From Anthoceros angustus (taxonomy: Eukaryota > Plantae > Anthocerotophyta): a DNA stretch of 64,000 bases. Positions 1-13,514 of this stretch are shown piece after piece; the first letter of the stretch is position 1; each line of letters starts with the position of its first letter. The translations under genes were made by a program, and so were the position numbers. The stretch is from NCBI GenBank assembly GCA_010909165.1, contig MU008197.1, positions 434,001-498,000 on the forward strand, given 5' to 3'. The notes under the pieces were generated by a model, which ran no database searches, was not told where the DNA came from, and worked only from the letters and a program-made list of their open reading frames with translations.

Positions 1-1574
1 ACATGGCCACGTGTAAGGCTTGTGACCAACTTGCTCACCGCCAATCGGTCATTTTGGCGAATCTGGTTAAAGATGACATTGTCTTCAGGTTTCACGTTCA
101 GTTAAGGGAACGTAAATTCGTCACCATGTGGCATTACCTGGTGAAGCAGAGCAAGGGCATGAAACTGCACAAGCGAGTGTTTAGACTGCACAGCCTCCTG
201 AACCTCGTTACTCCAGCGCTTCACAATGTCAGGGTTGGTCTGCAACAAACCACAAACGATGGCTGTCAAGCACAAGGTACCTCAAGCATATAACAATATC
301 AAACAACCCGATGAAAACCAACCTGTAGAAGATGAATCCCGCTCACGAGCGCCGCACTCGATACAACGGGATTCTTGTCTACGACTGCCTGCTTGAGGTA
401 GCGTTCAATCTGACTCAACAACTGCCCATCAGTTATCCTGCACAGAACTCGGATGGCATTGGCGCGATAAAGGTCTGTCTTGCTGTTCATGTCCTTCATC
501 AAAGAACTCGTGACAATAATAACCTGCAAAAGAAAAATGCATAAGCCTGGGGATACCATTCTGGTCAATGACAAAAATCAAAACTGGGCGGACGTAACAA
601 ATCAAACCTCATCTGCAGACGGTGAGATCTCCTTTATCATGAGATACACCATCCGCCTCAAACCAATGTCTTTCGACTGAAAGAGCTTGGTCACGGCAAA
701 AAACACCTCCGTTGCTTCAGTCTGCCACATTTTGTAGTCAGTCAAGAGGTCCACATCAACCAAGGCTACACCCGTGCAAAGCTCATCTCTGATCCACCAG
801 CACACACCTTCGTAAATGTCTCGCCTTGATTGAGAAGATAAAGCAACTTGGTGATCACCTGCGTCCACCAAGGATTCCATCAGCTGAGCTTTCCCAAAAG
901 GCCTCCTCCGAGCAAGTGCCACCACCCGCGACTCACCTGAGCACACCTCCTTGCATCTAACTGAGGATCATTAAAAACCCGAGCTTCCTGGAGCACCGCC
1001 CCTTTCTCAATGCCGTAAAAGGGAGAATACTCAGCTGCACAAGGCATGAAAACGAGCAGGCAGTCACTTCCCTGATAGCATCCACAATTGCACAATCTAA
1101 ACTTCGCCACTCTGCGACCTTCCCCTGCCCTAACGACTGGTGCAGCTAGCAAACGCCGAATAACACCCCACTGACAGCGCGGAATACGTTAGCTCCCAGC
1201 TTCACTCGCAATCGGCCCAGGCCAGACAAAGCTGAAGAATGGGCCCCTCAGCGGCACAACCACGCCAGCATTCTCCATTCTACATCAAATCTGGCAGCCT
1301 CAAATCCTGTGCCCCGATGCGCTTGCAAATTCCACCCCGACTGCCTCCATCCACCCTAAGCAGTCCGACACCAGATCTGCTGATCCGGGACCCCGAACGC
1401 AGTCCCAGGCCAAGCTAAAATCAAGTGCAGACATATTCCCAGCCCACACCAGCTGCATTGCTGCACGGCCTATGTGTCCAAGATCTGCGGGTGAAGGAAC
1501 CAGGATAGGGAAGAGATCTCACAGTCGTCCTCCCGATCGTCATCCTTCTTGGCAGCGGGCTGGATGAGCGCCAT
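1..1574 (-). CDS. COPG: Coatomer subunit gamma (gamma-COP), 5' part; the gene runs off the left edge
   Basis: Spliced by hand with GT-AG introns. Exons 1574-1523, 1034-937, 858-808, 721-608, 523-323, 239-138, 62-<1 give [44 protein letters not shown]...[17 protein letters not shown]...[23 protein letters not shown]...[13 protein letters not shown], matching the plant gamma-COP N-terminus. Confidence 0.96.
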
Positions 1575-2022
1575 GATCGACGACTCCTCCCGATCCCGCT
1601 CCAGCGTTCCCAGCGGACTCTCCCCCGACTGCCGCGACTGCTGGCGCTCACTTGCCCAGCCCGACGAAGCTCATTGGAGTCTCACGTCAGGAGACTCGAG
1701 AGAGCCTGCCAAACCGGGCCCCCCCCTCTGTTCTGGGTTCCATTGGCAGACCCGTCTTCTTGAACCTCGCTTTATGCTTATTATTAAATTTTTTTCTTAC
1801 TATTACCCCTTGTTACAACTACAACCAGAGCCAGAGTGCCCTATATACATATATGTAGCAGGTACGAAGGCCACGTTGTGCGCCAGTGCAGGTCTCATTC
1901 CTCATTCTGGATGGCGGCGCGAACGTCTGGGAGGAATGTGTTTCCGAGGAGGATGCCGAACGCCGGCATTTTGTGGGCTCTTGATTGGGATGGCTGGCTG
2001 AGGAATCAGCATCAGCAGCAGG

Positions 2023-4788
2023 ATGCAGAAGTTTGTGGGAGGTCTTGGAACCAGGCATCCTGGTTGGGAATGGAGTTTGAGTGGGAATCCGGCTGCAAGG
2101 GAGGAGAAGGGATTGGATGAAGCTCGTAGCTTGGGGCTGAGCAGACCTGGAGTTGCTACCAGACTCCGTTGGGCAGTGTGCGATGGCGAGGAGGCTCAGG
2201 AGTTGAGGAGTATGTGCGAGCAGGGACGGGTGGAGAAGGCACTGGATGCTCTGTCCCGGATGGAGCTGCAGGGACGTGTGCCCGGGGTGCAGACTTATGG
2301 TTTTCTGTTGCAGGCTTGCAGTAGGAAGAAAAGTCTGGCTGAGGGGAGGCGGCTGCATGCCCACATCGATCGAAGTGGTGTGGAGCTGGACAGCTTTCTT
2401 GGTGAATTGGTTGTGAGCATGCTTGTGGAGTGCGGGGGTCTCCAGGAGGCTGTCTGTGTGTTCAGGAGGTTGTGGAGACGAACTGAGGTGTCGTGGACCG
2501 CTGTTATTTCGGGGTACAGTAAGGGTGGACGCGGTCTTCAGGCGCTTAGATTGTATGAGGAGATGCGAGAGGACGGTGTGGAGCCCAGCAAGTACACCTT
2601 GCTTAGCTTGCTTAAGGCCTGTGGCGGGTTAGCAGACCTCGGGCAAGGGAAGCGAATTCACGCTGAGGTTGTGAGATTCGGTTGTGGTGGCAGCTTGTTT
2701 GTGAGCACGGCTCTGGTCGACATGTATGCAAGATGTGGGAGCATGGTGGATGCGCGGCAAGTGTTTGACAAGTTGGTGCAGCGTGATGTGGTGTTGTGGA
2801 ATGTGATGATTGCCGGGTATGTCCAGCAAGACGATGGTGAAATGGCTTTGAAACTTTTCGAGCAGATGCAAGGTGAAGGTATGCAGCCAGACGAGAGGAC
2901 TATCGTTAGTGTCCTTCAAGCATGCGGATGTCTGGCAGCCTTGGAGAGACAGACACTGTGTGATGGACGACTGGTCAAGGCTTGCTCCCTTCGAAGGGTG
3001 AGGAGTATACATTCTCACAAGCTTGGAAGCAGCTACAAACGGAATGCCTTTTTGGCAAGTACTCTAATTCATGTGTATGCAGCATGTGGAAGCATGGAGG
3101 AGGCACAAAATGTTTTTGAATCCTTGTCCCACAGGGAAGTGGTCTCTTGGACAGCACTGATTTCAGGTTTTGTGCAGCACCAACAGGGGGAGAAGGCATT
3201 GCAGCTTTATGCCCAAATGGAAAAGGAAGGAGTTATGCCAAACAACCGCACCTTTGTCAGTCTTCTCAGTGCATGTGCAAACCTTGCAGGCTCTGACAAT
3301 GGCCTACTCATAGATGGGCATTCTGTCAAGGCCGAAACTCTGCAGAAGGGGAAGCTCTTGCACTCGGAAGCTGTTAGAAGGAGTTTTGAACAGGATACGT
3401 TTGTTGCCAACACCCTGATTGACATGTATTGTAAATGTGGGAGCCTTGTTGATGCTCGCAAGGTTTTTGACTCACTGGCTCTACGCACAGTCGTCTCTTG
3501 GAATGTCATGATGGCTGGGTATGCGGAGCAAAATAATGCTGAGGAGGTTCTGCAACTTTATGACCAAATGCAGGCTGGGTCTGGTGTGAAACCAAATGAC
3601 AGGACCTACGTCAGTGTGCTGAAGTCCTGTGACGCCTTGGCAGCTGAGGAGACGGGAATAGCTCTGAATGGGCAAATCGTTAAAGTGCTTTCCCTCCAGA
3701 AGGTCAGGGCCGTACATGTGGATGTTATCCGAAATCAATTTGCATCCAATAGTTTTGTAGCTAATACTCTCATTCAGGTGTACTCCATGTGTGGGAGCAT
3801 TGAGGATGCTCGTCTTGTGTTTGACACTTTGTCCGAGCCCGAGGTGGTGTCGTGGAGTGCAATGATCACAGCTTATGCTCATCAAGAACAGGGTGGCATG
3901 GCTTTGGAGCTGTATCACAAAATGCAGGACTCCGGCATACCACCTAATGAACCTACGTTTCTCTCAGTTTTAAAGGCGTGCAGCAATTCTGGAGCCCTGG
4001 ATATGTGCAAGCAGATCCATGAGCACATCACAATGCATGGGTTTGATTGGAGTATCAGAGTAGCCAACAGTCTTCTTCATGCATACGGCAAATGCGGGAG
4101 CATGGTGGATGCAAGGCGTTTGTTCAACTCTTTGCCCGAGCCTGATGTGGTGTCATGGAGCACGTTAGTCGCTGGATATGCTCGACAAGGAAACTGTGAC
4201 ATGAGCTTCAACTGTTTCGAAGAGATGCAGCAGGCAGGCGTACAGCCCAATGCAGTGACATTTCTGTCGCTGCTCTCAGCCTGTAGTCATGCTGGCTTGG
4301 TGGACCAAGGCCTGAAGTACTTCGAGTCCATGAGAAAGGACTATGACATTCCTGTAGGAACCGAGCACTACGTTAGCATGGTCGACCTCCTTGGGCGTGC
4401 AGGTTTCGTCAGGGAGGCATATGACCTGATTTGCAATATGCCAGTGCCACCCGACCACAGAGTGTGGCTGTCGTTGCTTGGGGCCTGCCGGAAACATGTG
4501 AATGTACAAATTGGAAGGCGTGCCTTTGAGTGTGCAGTTCGTCTGGACCCCAGGCATGGTGCAGCGTATGTTCTAATGGCCAACATTTATGCTCATCTTC
4601 ACATGTTAGACGAGGAACAGGAGGTCGAAAGCGTTAGAGTCAGGGCCGGGGCCTGGAAGAAGGCAGCCCAATGCTGGATAGAACATGGAAAACAAGTGCA
4701 CACGTTTGTCGTGAATACCAGCGCCCATCAACAGAGCATAGAGGTATACACCAAATTACGACAACTGAATGCACAATTGCAGTGGTAG
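2023..4788 (+). CDS. PLS-class pentatricopeptide repeat protein with E/E+ extension and no DYW domain (organellar RNA-editing factor type)
   Basis: Intronless 921-aa ORF. Repeated P-L-S motifs (VSWTAVISGY, LVDMYARCGSMVDARQVFD), E1 (EHYVSMVDLLGRAG), E2 (AAYVLMANIYA) and a PG-box-like WKKAAQCWIEHGKQVHTFVV. It stops before any HxE/CxxC deaminase motif. The start Met is uncertain. Confidence 0.95.
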   Translation: MQKFVGGLGTRHPGWEWSLSGNPAAREEKGLDEARSLGLSRPGVATRLRWAVCDGEEAQELRSMCEQGRVEKALDALSRMELQGRVPGVQTYGFLLQACSRKKSLAEGRRLHAHIDRSGVELDSFLGELVVSMLVECGGLQEAVCVFRRLWRRTEVSWTAVISGYSKGGRGLQALRLYEEMREDGVEPSKYTLLSLLKACGGLADLGQGKRIHAEVVRFGCGGSLFVSTALVDMYARCGSMVDARQVFDKLVQRDVVLWNVMIAGYVQQDDGEMALKLFEQMQGEGMQPDERTIVSVLQACGCLAALERQTLCDGRLVKACSLRRVRSIHSHKLGSSYKRNAFLASTLIHVYAACGSMEEAQNVFESLSHREVVSWTALISGFVQHQQGEKALQLYAQMEKEGVMPNNRTFVSLLSACANLAGSDNGLLIDGHSVKAETLQKGKLLHSEAVRRSFEQDTFVANTLIDMYCKCGSLVDARKVFDSLALRTVVSWNVMMAGYAEQNNAEEVLQLYDQMQAGSGVKPNDRTYVSVLKSCDALAAEETGIALNGQIVKVLSLQKVRAVHVDVIRNQFASNSFVANTLIQVYSMCGSIEDARLVFDTLSEPEVVSWSAMITAYAHQEQGGMALELYHKMQDSGIPPNEPTFLSVLKACSNSGALDMCKQIHEHITMHGFDWSIRVANSLLHAYGKCGSMVDARRLFNSLPEPDVVSWSTLVAGYARQGNCDMSFNCFEEMQQAGVQPNAVTFLSLLSACSHAGLVDQGLKYFESMRKDYDIPVGTEHYVSMVDLLGRAGFVREAYDLICNMPVPPDHRVWLSLLGACRKHVNVQIGRRAFECAVRLDPRHGAAYVLMANIYAHLHMLDEEQEVESVRVRAGAWKKAAQCWIEHGKQVHTFVVNTSAHQQSIEVYTKLRQLNAQLQW

Positions 4789-5662
4789 ATTTCTCAACTC
4801 GCTTATACACGATACTTTGTGCAACGGAAGGTGAGACAAGAGACTTTATCGTCTCGACAGCATAAATAAATGAATGTGGTGAAGACGGATTGAAAATTAA
4901 TTCAAGTACATGTTACGTATCATCAGATGACCTAAGCCTCGGCTAAGCCTCGGTAGCCTCCGAAGTTTGAATGAACCAATCGCCTCAAATCTCTGAAAAA
5001 GCTGCCATTTCGCTTCTGACGAGAAAGGAGGAGAACCCAGGCAGCTGCACATGTGCTACCAAGATGTGAGTTCCTCATTTGGTTGGTTCTGACAGTTTAC
5101 AGACATGATTTACTCTCTTTGCCAAAATTCATCAACTCAAACAACTCCAGAACATGAATCCTGTACTTCTGAAAGGGGAAGGAAGCCACCACTTTCACCA
5201 ACGAGACACAGCCATTGTCCTCCAGTTTTGAGTTTCCGATGCTTCCCAATAGCTCACTAAATTCTAAGATGGGCAGACCAGAATGCAAGTTCAGTCTCCC
5301 CTGGATGAACAGCAATGTACAAAAGTGCAAGGGATCACTTTGACCAAAGCCTATCCCCAGAGAAGCTGGACGTCAAACACAGGTCACATACATAGCTGAC
5401 AGCAAAACCAACAGCTAACCTGATTATAAAGTTGCATGAATGAAAAGCAGTACCAGTAAGCATTACCAGGGAGCACTAAAAGGATTGAGACAGCCGCACA
5501 CCCCGAAACCTGTTGACAAGAACCAAGAGAACCATATACAGGCCACCAGTTGTAATGATCTCCCCACCATTTTCTCCAATGGCTCAAATACAGCAAGCTA
5601 TCTGCTCAGAAACTGGTCAAACTGTCGGTATGTTAGATCAGCCCCCTTTCACAGGGCTGCTC

Positions 5663-8600
5663 TCACGAGACAGCCCGTTTAGCTTTCAAGGATTCCAGAG
5701 CCTTGTTTCTCAGATCAGCTTCTAGACGCAACCTCTTTTGCTCTGAATCCTCCTCATCACGTTCACTTGTCTCACCCCCTTCCAGGCCACTATTTCTATC
5801 TCTTCCAGATGGCCGCCCACCTGCTGAAACTTCTTCACTTTTAGAACCCCCAGCTTTGGCTGCAGCTCTTGCAGCCCGCTTCTCTTCTTTCCTCTTGTGC
5901 TTCTCTTCCCGCTTCTTCCTCTTTTCCTCTTTGCGTAAGCGTTTTTCCTCCTTCTTCCTACGCTTTGCATCTCTCCTGTCCACACTAGAACCAGGCGAGG
6001 CACTACCATCTTCACCCTCATTTGCACTGTCACGGGGCCCAGCATTCTTTGGCAGATTCTTCACCTCCGGGGATGCCAACTTGTTCATCGGTAGGTCATC
6101 ACTGTCAGATTCCACAACTGGTTCGGCAGCCTCAGCTTTTCTCTTTCCCTTCCCCTTTCCTTCTTCAACAGCAGGAAGACTGGAGGATTTGGCTGGATGA
6201 CCCTCAGCTGAGCTTTTACCCTGCAGCCAACCACCCTGATCCTGTTCAATCCGTCCCAGAGGAGCCTGTGGGAGAAGACCCCGCTCCTGTTCAGTGCGAC
6301 CCCGTTCCAGATCTCGTCTCTCAAGCCCTTGTCTCTCAAGCCCTTGACCACGGGAGTCTCGGCTTTCAGGGCGACCAGACCTGCAACTCAAAATTGAACA
6401 GCCAAGAAGGTTAGCCAGAATCAACCTAATCCTCTGCAATTCCTGAAGCTAGGCATTCAACCTCCATAGTAACAAGTTGAGGCTTCGCCCACCTCTCCTC
6501 GGTTGTCCGCTCACGCCTAACATTGAGACCATTGGGCCGGGCCATCTGTTCCCTGCTGAGGCTCCTCCTTTTTCCACGGGCAATGGGAGGGCTACTACTC
6601 AGACTCCTCCGTCTAATACGAGGAGGCAAGCCAGGAGGACTACCACTTGGACTCCGTCCAACACGGGGAGGAGAAGGAGGAGGAGGGGGAGGGGGAGGAG
6701 GAGCAAGGGGAGGAGGAGGGGGAGGGCTCCTACTTGGACTCCTTCGTCCAGCATGAGGAAGAGGGGGATGTGGAGGACTCCCACTCGGACTGCGGCGCTT
6801 TGCAGCACGAGGAGGTGGGCTCCTGCTGAGGCTCCTCCTCCTTCCAGCACGAGGGGGAGGGCTCAAACTCCTTCGTTGCCCACCACGAGGAGGGTGGGGA
6901 GGGCTCCTGCTCAGACTCCTCTGTCTCACAACACGAGGACGTCGTGGAGGGGGGCTTTTGCTTGGACTCCTCCGCCTTCCAGCCCGAGAAGGGGGTGGAG
7001 GAGGGCTTCTGCTTGTACGACCTCGTCTTGCACCAGGAGGAGGAGGGCTCCTGCTTGGACTCCTCCGTCTTGCAAAGACAGGAACGCGAGCAGGACTCTT
7101 GCTTGGACTTCTCTTCCTTCCAGGAGGGGGAGGAGGGCTCCTGCTTGGACTCCTCCGCCTTGCACGAGGAAGGGGAGGTGGACTCCTGCTTGGTCGACTA
7201 TGTCTTCCTCGGGCAGGAGGCAGCGGAGGAGGTGGGCTCTTGCTTACACTCCTGCGCCTCAATCTAGAAGGAGGAGGAGGGGGGCTCCTGCTCCACACAC
7301 GCATGACTCCCGTCAGAACTCTATGCAGAATAAGGATAGAAGCTTTCCACACCGATATATGGAACAACAGTAGCAAGTACAGCTTTTGAAAATTACCTTT
7401 GCTGATCCCTTGCAGGCGAGGCTGATGAACTTGGAGACCGTCGCTTCCAAGGAGAGCGGGAACCAACTGGCCGTTGGCGTCGTGGGGACCGTGATCGCAT
7501 AGGAGACCGTCTCCGAGAACGAGGAGGAGAACGTGGAGGAGGTGGAGAGCGGTTAGAGGGAAGTTTCCTGCGGCGCGGAGGTGAGTAAGAATGCATGGGA
7601 GACTTCCTTCGCCTCGGAGGAGACCGTACAACACGAGGTGATCTTGGACGCCTAAAAAGGGATCCCGAACGCCTCCACCTTGGTGGCGATCTGGAAATGC
7701 TTCGACGACGCCGAGTCAGTGGAGACCTAAAAGCAGTTGCATACAAGCTCAAGGTCAGAAGCCATGAAGAACTACAACAAACAACCACACCAGCAGCAGT
7801 CAAGCTCTAAGAAGACATGATTTCCTAGCAAAGAATAAAAAATACCGATGAGGGCTTGACGATGGAGAACAAGATCTAGCAGGTGACCTTGAGCGAGAGC
7901 CCCTACGTGTCCCAAACCTGACAACCAGAAAAAAATAAATAACGAGCGATCCAGCTCCTCCACACAAAAACACAGGAAAAGCTGGTCACATCGATACAGA
8001 CATACCTATTCCCCCTCCCTGCGTTTCGCCGCAGAGGTGGTGACCGATCACTACCTCCCGCAGCTCCAAGACCACTGCAGAGCCATAAGCCGATCATGTA
8101 GGTCATAAATCATGTCAGCTCAGCACACAGATGCCAGAAGACACGAGAAGACCAGAAGACAGAGCTGCCAGCAACAGGAGACATTTCTTCCTCGCACCAT
8201 TCCACACCTAAGCGGAAAAAGCACAATGAACTAGAAAGTAGCAACGGAGTAGAATTGACAAGCAGCTACAGTGAGCTTCCACCCATAGTATTCCTTGGTT
8301 AACAGCAACCAAGCACAGCGTGATCAGCAGTATCGTCTAATTACTTGTTGTGTAATCATGGTCATCCAGTTGGAATCATGGTTTTCATCAAGAAAGTAAG
8401 TTGTGTGGAAATTCAAGAGAGAACAAACCTACAAAATGATCAAAACCAAAGACAGCTTTGAGCTCCAGAGCAGAGGAAGGAAACACAAGGCAGAATCCCA
8501 AACATCAGAGTGGGACGTCAGGGCATTGCAGGCAGAGAGCAAACTTTCATCAGCTGTACATTGAAGCAACAGACAAAGGCTTCTGGTGCCCTGCACCCAG

Positions 8601-9902
8601 TGATAAACCCAGCTCAGCATCCTTCAGACGGCTACTAGAAACCAGACCAGGTTGGGCATAACCCATTGGACATACCAGTCTCTGCCACCATTATGTGGTT
8701 CATTGCCTGCTTCAGGCAATTCCTTGTCACCATCCTGCCTTGGCGATGACAGCCCGAACTTGGAGCCTGTTGTTCCCCCTTTAGCTGACTCAGAAGTAGC
8801 ATTCTGAGTTTGCCAGTGCCAAAGTAAGATTGTTAGCTACGGTACAGAAAGAAAAACGCCAACACATAATGCAAGAAAGCCAGATCATGAGAAGGGTTGA
8901 GCACAACCTTGGACGGGCGATTCTGGTCAGCTTCTTTCTCTTGTTCCTCTCGTTTGCGCACTTCAGACAGGATTCGCTGCTCTTCATCCTGCCAAGAAGG
9001 AACACATCAACTCAATGTCCGGCGGCTTTGCTGCGCTCACAAAAACAAGACCCCCGGAAGAAGAGCAAACTAGAAAATATGCATTCTTCATCACCCTGCA
9101 AAAGCATATCATGGTTCCCACCATAGTACACGAAGTTAGTAGTCAACACACAGGCTTCCATCGCGTCAAGCGCAGGCAACAACAGATAGAAGTTGTGATC
9201 CTCAGTAACCTTTTTCTTTTTGGTCTCCTCCGCTTTGGCGTCCAAAAATTGTTGAGGTATTCCACTCTGATTGCTCTGCGCACTGGCCAAAAGGCCCCAA
9301 AGCTCCTTCATGAACCGTCCAGCGTTTTTCTCCATAAAACCAGTGATTTGAATTTGAATATGCTTTCCATCCACCTCCTGTTATCGGACATACCCAGTCA
9401 ATTCCGCGCACCACGCAGGAAATCACACAGCCAGTGGAGGTGGGTTTAGAAGTCCAACCTTGCCATCAAGTAATCCGTAAATGAAGTTGATGAGCACCTC
9501 GTCCTCAAACCCCAGCAGTTCAGTAACTCGAGTGGCAATCCACGGGCGGATAACGTCCATCTTCACCTTACTGACGTCCACCTGCCCCGCCCGCCCACAA
9601 GGCAAACGAATGCCAGGCCCGGTCAGACCGCCTCCCGGCGAAGTCCAAACCTCAGACACAGGACGAGCACAGGGACAGGGTCAGACGAAGCTCACCATTT
9701 GATCCAGCTCAGGCGCAAATTTCTGAGTTTTAAGCAGCTTGGCCATCTTGTTGGAGAACCGGGTATCCTGGTCCGCGGACGTGCCCTGCATTCAGAACCG
9801 AGAAAACCTGAGAAATGCATGCCCGGCGACGCAGGACAAGGCAGAAAGAAAGCAGCAGCCTCCAGTCGCGAGGGGACTCACGCGGAAGAAGCCGCCCGAC
9901 AT
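5663..9902 (-). CDS. SRRM1: SRRM1/SRm160-like PWI-domain, RS/P-rich splicing coactivator
   Basis: Exons 9902-9882 (MSGGFFR), 9785-9696 (GTSADQDTRFSNK), 9581-9459 (VIRPWIATRVTELLGFEDEVLINF), 9377-9210 (QITGFMEKNAGRFMKELWGLL) and 8988-8908. Further exons lie near 8800-8676, 8076-8008, 7925-7850, 7725-7397 and 7300-6494, with long RSPSRSPPP repeats. The last exon ends LEADLRNKALESLKAKRAVS-stop at 5663. The exon near 8750 probably needs one extra base. Confidence 0.92.
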
Positions 9903-10069
9903 GGCAGCTGAAGGCACAGAGAGAGGGTTAGAGCGCAGCAGCCAGTGCCTAGCCTAGGCTGGCGGTATGCAACACCACCGGATGCGCATAGCTGTGTCTA
10001 AGCAGCGGCAGTCCGACTCCGACGCCATCAGCTCTCACTGCCACCTCTTACTAGGGTAACGCTTTGCAT

Positions 10070-13000
10070 CAAAGTTCTACCGTTTTGGACTGAAGGAAAG
10101 GTGTGACCTCTAACATTATGCCTAAGGAGAAGCTTCTTGTGACAAGATTTATACGGCTCTGTGGGTAGGTAACGAATATAAGGTATTGAATTAGGTAAAA
10201 TAAAAATAAATAGAGGATTATATACACTCGTGGCAAAAGGACACCGTAGAGGCCACCAGGGTTCGGCACGGGGCCGAACCCTTTGATTTTTCTCCTAACC
10301 ACGGTTCGGTTGTCATATGGAATTCGCTTTGAATTTCGGCGTGACGTGGGCGTTTCATTTTCCGTATTAGTCCTCCAAGAGCTTTTTCTGCGCACAAGAG
10401 CTCCATTCAAGCGTTGCAATTTCGACACCCCGTCTTCAAATTCCTGAGTCGCTGTTTCGCGCTCCTCCTTCAACGTCCCTATTCTTGCCTCGCAATCCCG
10501 CTTGAGCATGTCAATTTGAGCATCGAATTCGTGTGAGTCCTCCTTTGGGTTTCTGAGGCCCGGAATGCAGCCGCATGTGTTTGAAACGCCTCCTATTCAT
10601 CTCGTTATCACTCTCCACCGCGAACGAAAATTCAGCAAGCGTCAAAGGATGCAACGAGCCTGAGAGAGGCATTCACGCAATGGTCACTGGAATGCATGCT
10701 TGGCCAAGCAATTAAACATGTTGGCAATTCACGTTTGAGCAAGGGATGAGCAGGAGGAGTTTGCCTCCCATAGTTTGCTAGGTGTTTCACCTTTAATAAG
10801 ATCCCTCTCTTACCGAGCAGACATCAAAAGGAGAAGATTGAGAAATTGTGAAATATTGTTGGCCCTCTGTACTAGGCCCGAATGACTGCAGGCAACCAAA
10901 AGGCATGTGTTTGAAAGACGTGGCACCTGGCTGGACACCTTGATCACTCTCACTTTCTTGTTGCCAAGAACAAGGAAGTGTTGAACATTAGCCAGTTCCC
11001 CTCTTGTCCCAAAATCGTGGAGCACTTATGCATTTGTATGGTACTCAACTTCATCCGAAACATAACATAAAAGTAGACCGTAAGTTTAGGCTCAAACATA
11101 TACAGAGTTATTTAGGCTTAATTTAAGGCATTAGCATAAAACATAATCAGGCGTGATCACAGCACACGATCAGGCCTGAACTTAACACAAAATGTGGCCT
11201 GAAATTCATGGGTTGAATTTTAAGCTAGAACAAAACATCATCAGTGGCTAAACATACTCCACACACGAATATTTAATCATGATCAAATCAACCTGAATCA
11301 CAGGACTACAATTTAGGCATATAAATCCAGGCACCCAAAAGACATGACATAACGAAACCACCTGCATCAGAGATTGCTAACCAATGAGGGAGACATGCAC
11401 CTATCATAGGACATATGTCCTCTTGTGGAACATCAAATGAGACGTCAAACCTACACTACCTACATGGCTCTGGTTCTTCCTCTTGTGGTGCATTATGCCA
11501 CTCCTGTGCATGTGTCCTCACTCACTCGCTTGTTGTTTGGATCTCGAACCATAGAAGGAGGTGGAATTCTCCCAGCTTTGGGAGGAGCACTCTCCACCTC
11601 ATTACCCCCTTCCGGAATTAAGGGACTTTCCTACGTGTTGAACATGGACTCAAGACCTGATGTTTGACTGTCGGGAATTTTCAAACCCTCATTATGCAAC
11701 AACACATCTGTATCAGAAAGCCCGTGCACCTCATTGATCCTCATAGATTCCACAGGGCTTGTTGAACTAAGCGAAGGAGCATTGGCCATCAGGATGCGCT
11801 CTTCAAACTGGTTGGGCACACCACTCGGTGAGGCTAGGTCATCAAGAATTGATCACGACACACCTCGTGCCTTCTCAAAAACACATGCCTACTTAGAGGT
11901 CGTCACTTTGCGCTGCTACAAGGCCTTCAATCGCGAATTGTCAACAAAACCGGCTGGAATTGCAGAGCCTCGAGCACATGTACAAACCTGGAGCAAGAGT
12001 CAAGAAACAAGGTGCACGGCCACATATCACTCACAGTCCCTAAGTGTGAGACAAAAATGGCAGCAACATGGTCATTTCTGATGGCGTCCACTTGCTCCTG
12101 CACATTCACCCGCACCCTCACATCCCTTCTCTCCCTCTACTCCCCATCCCTTCTCTCCCCTACCCCCCCTTCATTGACATTGGGGCTCCGTGAGCAATTT
12201 CAGCGACCCATGTTGGCATCTCCCAAAAGCCTCCCTCGTCGAATTTTTGTCGAGAAATAGGGTACACTACCACATCTTGCTCACACTTCTTTGTGGGTGG
12301 AACAAAGTTGGCAGCAACATGGTTAGGCCTGCTAGCGTCTGTTAACTCCCACCCTCCGTCAATGCCTACATGGAACCTCGGGGAGGTTGTAAGCACCTCC
12401 CATACCTCCTTGCTGGCTTATTGCATGGGGGCACTTCGTCGCTGCCTTGCCCTTGCCGTCTACTACAACTACTCCTCCATCGTCCACGAGCCTGACACCT
12501 CTCGCCAGCCCATCTGTTGTCGTTTGAAGAGCTAGGTCTCTTCACTCTTCGTTTCACTCTAGATCTCAACCCATGTCGTCTTGCAATCAATCTTAGCCTT
12601 ATGTACTGCCCCAGCCTTCGCCGCTCCTTTGGCTTTGCCCCTGCCCCTCCCTCTGCGCTTCAAACGTGTTGTTCCCTTGCCAGTCCCCCCTCTCGCAGCC
12701 TCATCTTCCACAACCTTCAAGCACTCGCTTGAAACTCTCGTCCTTTGCCTCCCTCGTCCTCTAAAATTGGTTTGGTACGAGTTGTTGCTTGTGGGTTATT
12801 TGATTCCTCATTAGACAAGCCCCACTCTTCTTCAGCCAAGTTGTCTGTTGTAGATGCGTGGGCTCTCGATCGCTTTGACTCTTTTCCATGTCTCTATCAA
12901 GTTTGATGGCTTCTCACCCAGTAGCTCTTCAGCCACTTACAAGATTCTGCTAGTAGTCACTAGCAGCGGTGCATCCTCCCCCACTATCGCATCAACAGCA

Positions 13001-13350
13001 GCCTCACGAACGAGGAGGGCTGCCAATACACAGCATATGGTCCCGGGTCCATTTTCGCATGGAATTCCATATTAATATGACTAACTGGAGAAGGGAAAGT
13101 GCATATGTGTGGAATGGTTTTTTTTGCATCCGAAGACGCAAAGAGGCCACATTTACCCTCTATGTCGTTATAGTCCTAGGATTCGATCCCAAGGGAATGG
13201 TTTTGTGTCAAGGTGTTCTAAAACTATGGATTCTAGACTTACCCCGTCGTTCACTACCCCCTCCTCTCCCAGCTACCATACCCAAGCCCGCCACCGTGGA
13301 AGACTCGGCCACCGCAGTGGCTGGTTCAACCACTGTGGCGGGTCCCACCG
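10070..13350 (-). mobile_element. Decayed transposable-element-like sequence (broken coiled-coil and low-complexity ORF pieces)
   Basis: No spliceable host gene. There are stop-interrupted ORF remnants on the minus strand (10069-10509 coiled-coil piece DMLKRDCEARIGTLKEERE; 12160-12900 basic/Gly-rich piece) of similar character to the 16.3-18.2 kb ORF remnants. Family not identified. Confidence 0.4.
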
Positions 13351-13514
13351 CAGCGCGCCTTCTGTCGCGGGTGACTATTTGTCACCGACTTCTCCGGCGC
13401 AGACCTTGGGGGTTATGGGCATACACACGCCTACATGCCCCCTCACCTCGCTTCCCGGAATTTCCGCGTTCGGATCCTTCCCGGGAGCTATGCACCACGA
13501 CCTCGAGTGCCGCG

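Noticed and set aside
5097-5660. Possible 3' UTR introns or extra exons of SRRM1
   Set aside because: Several acceptor-like tracts are present but there is no convincing donor pairing. It cannot be supported without transcripts.
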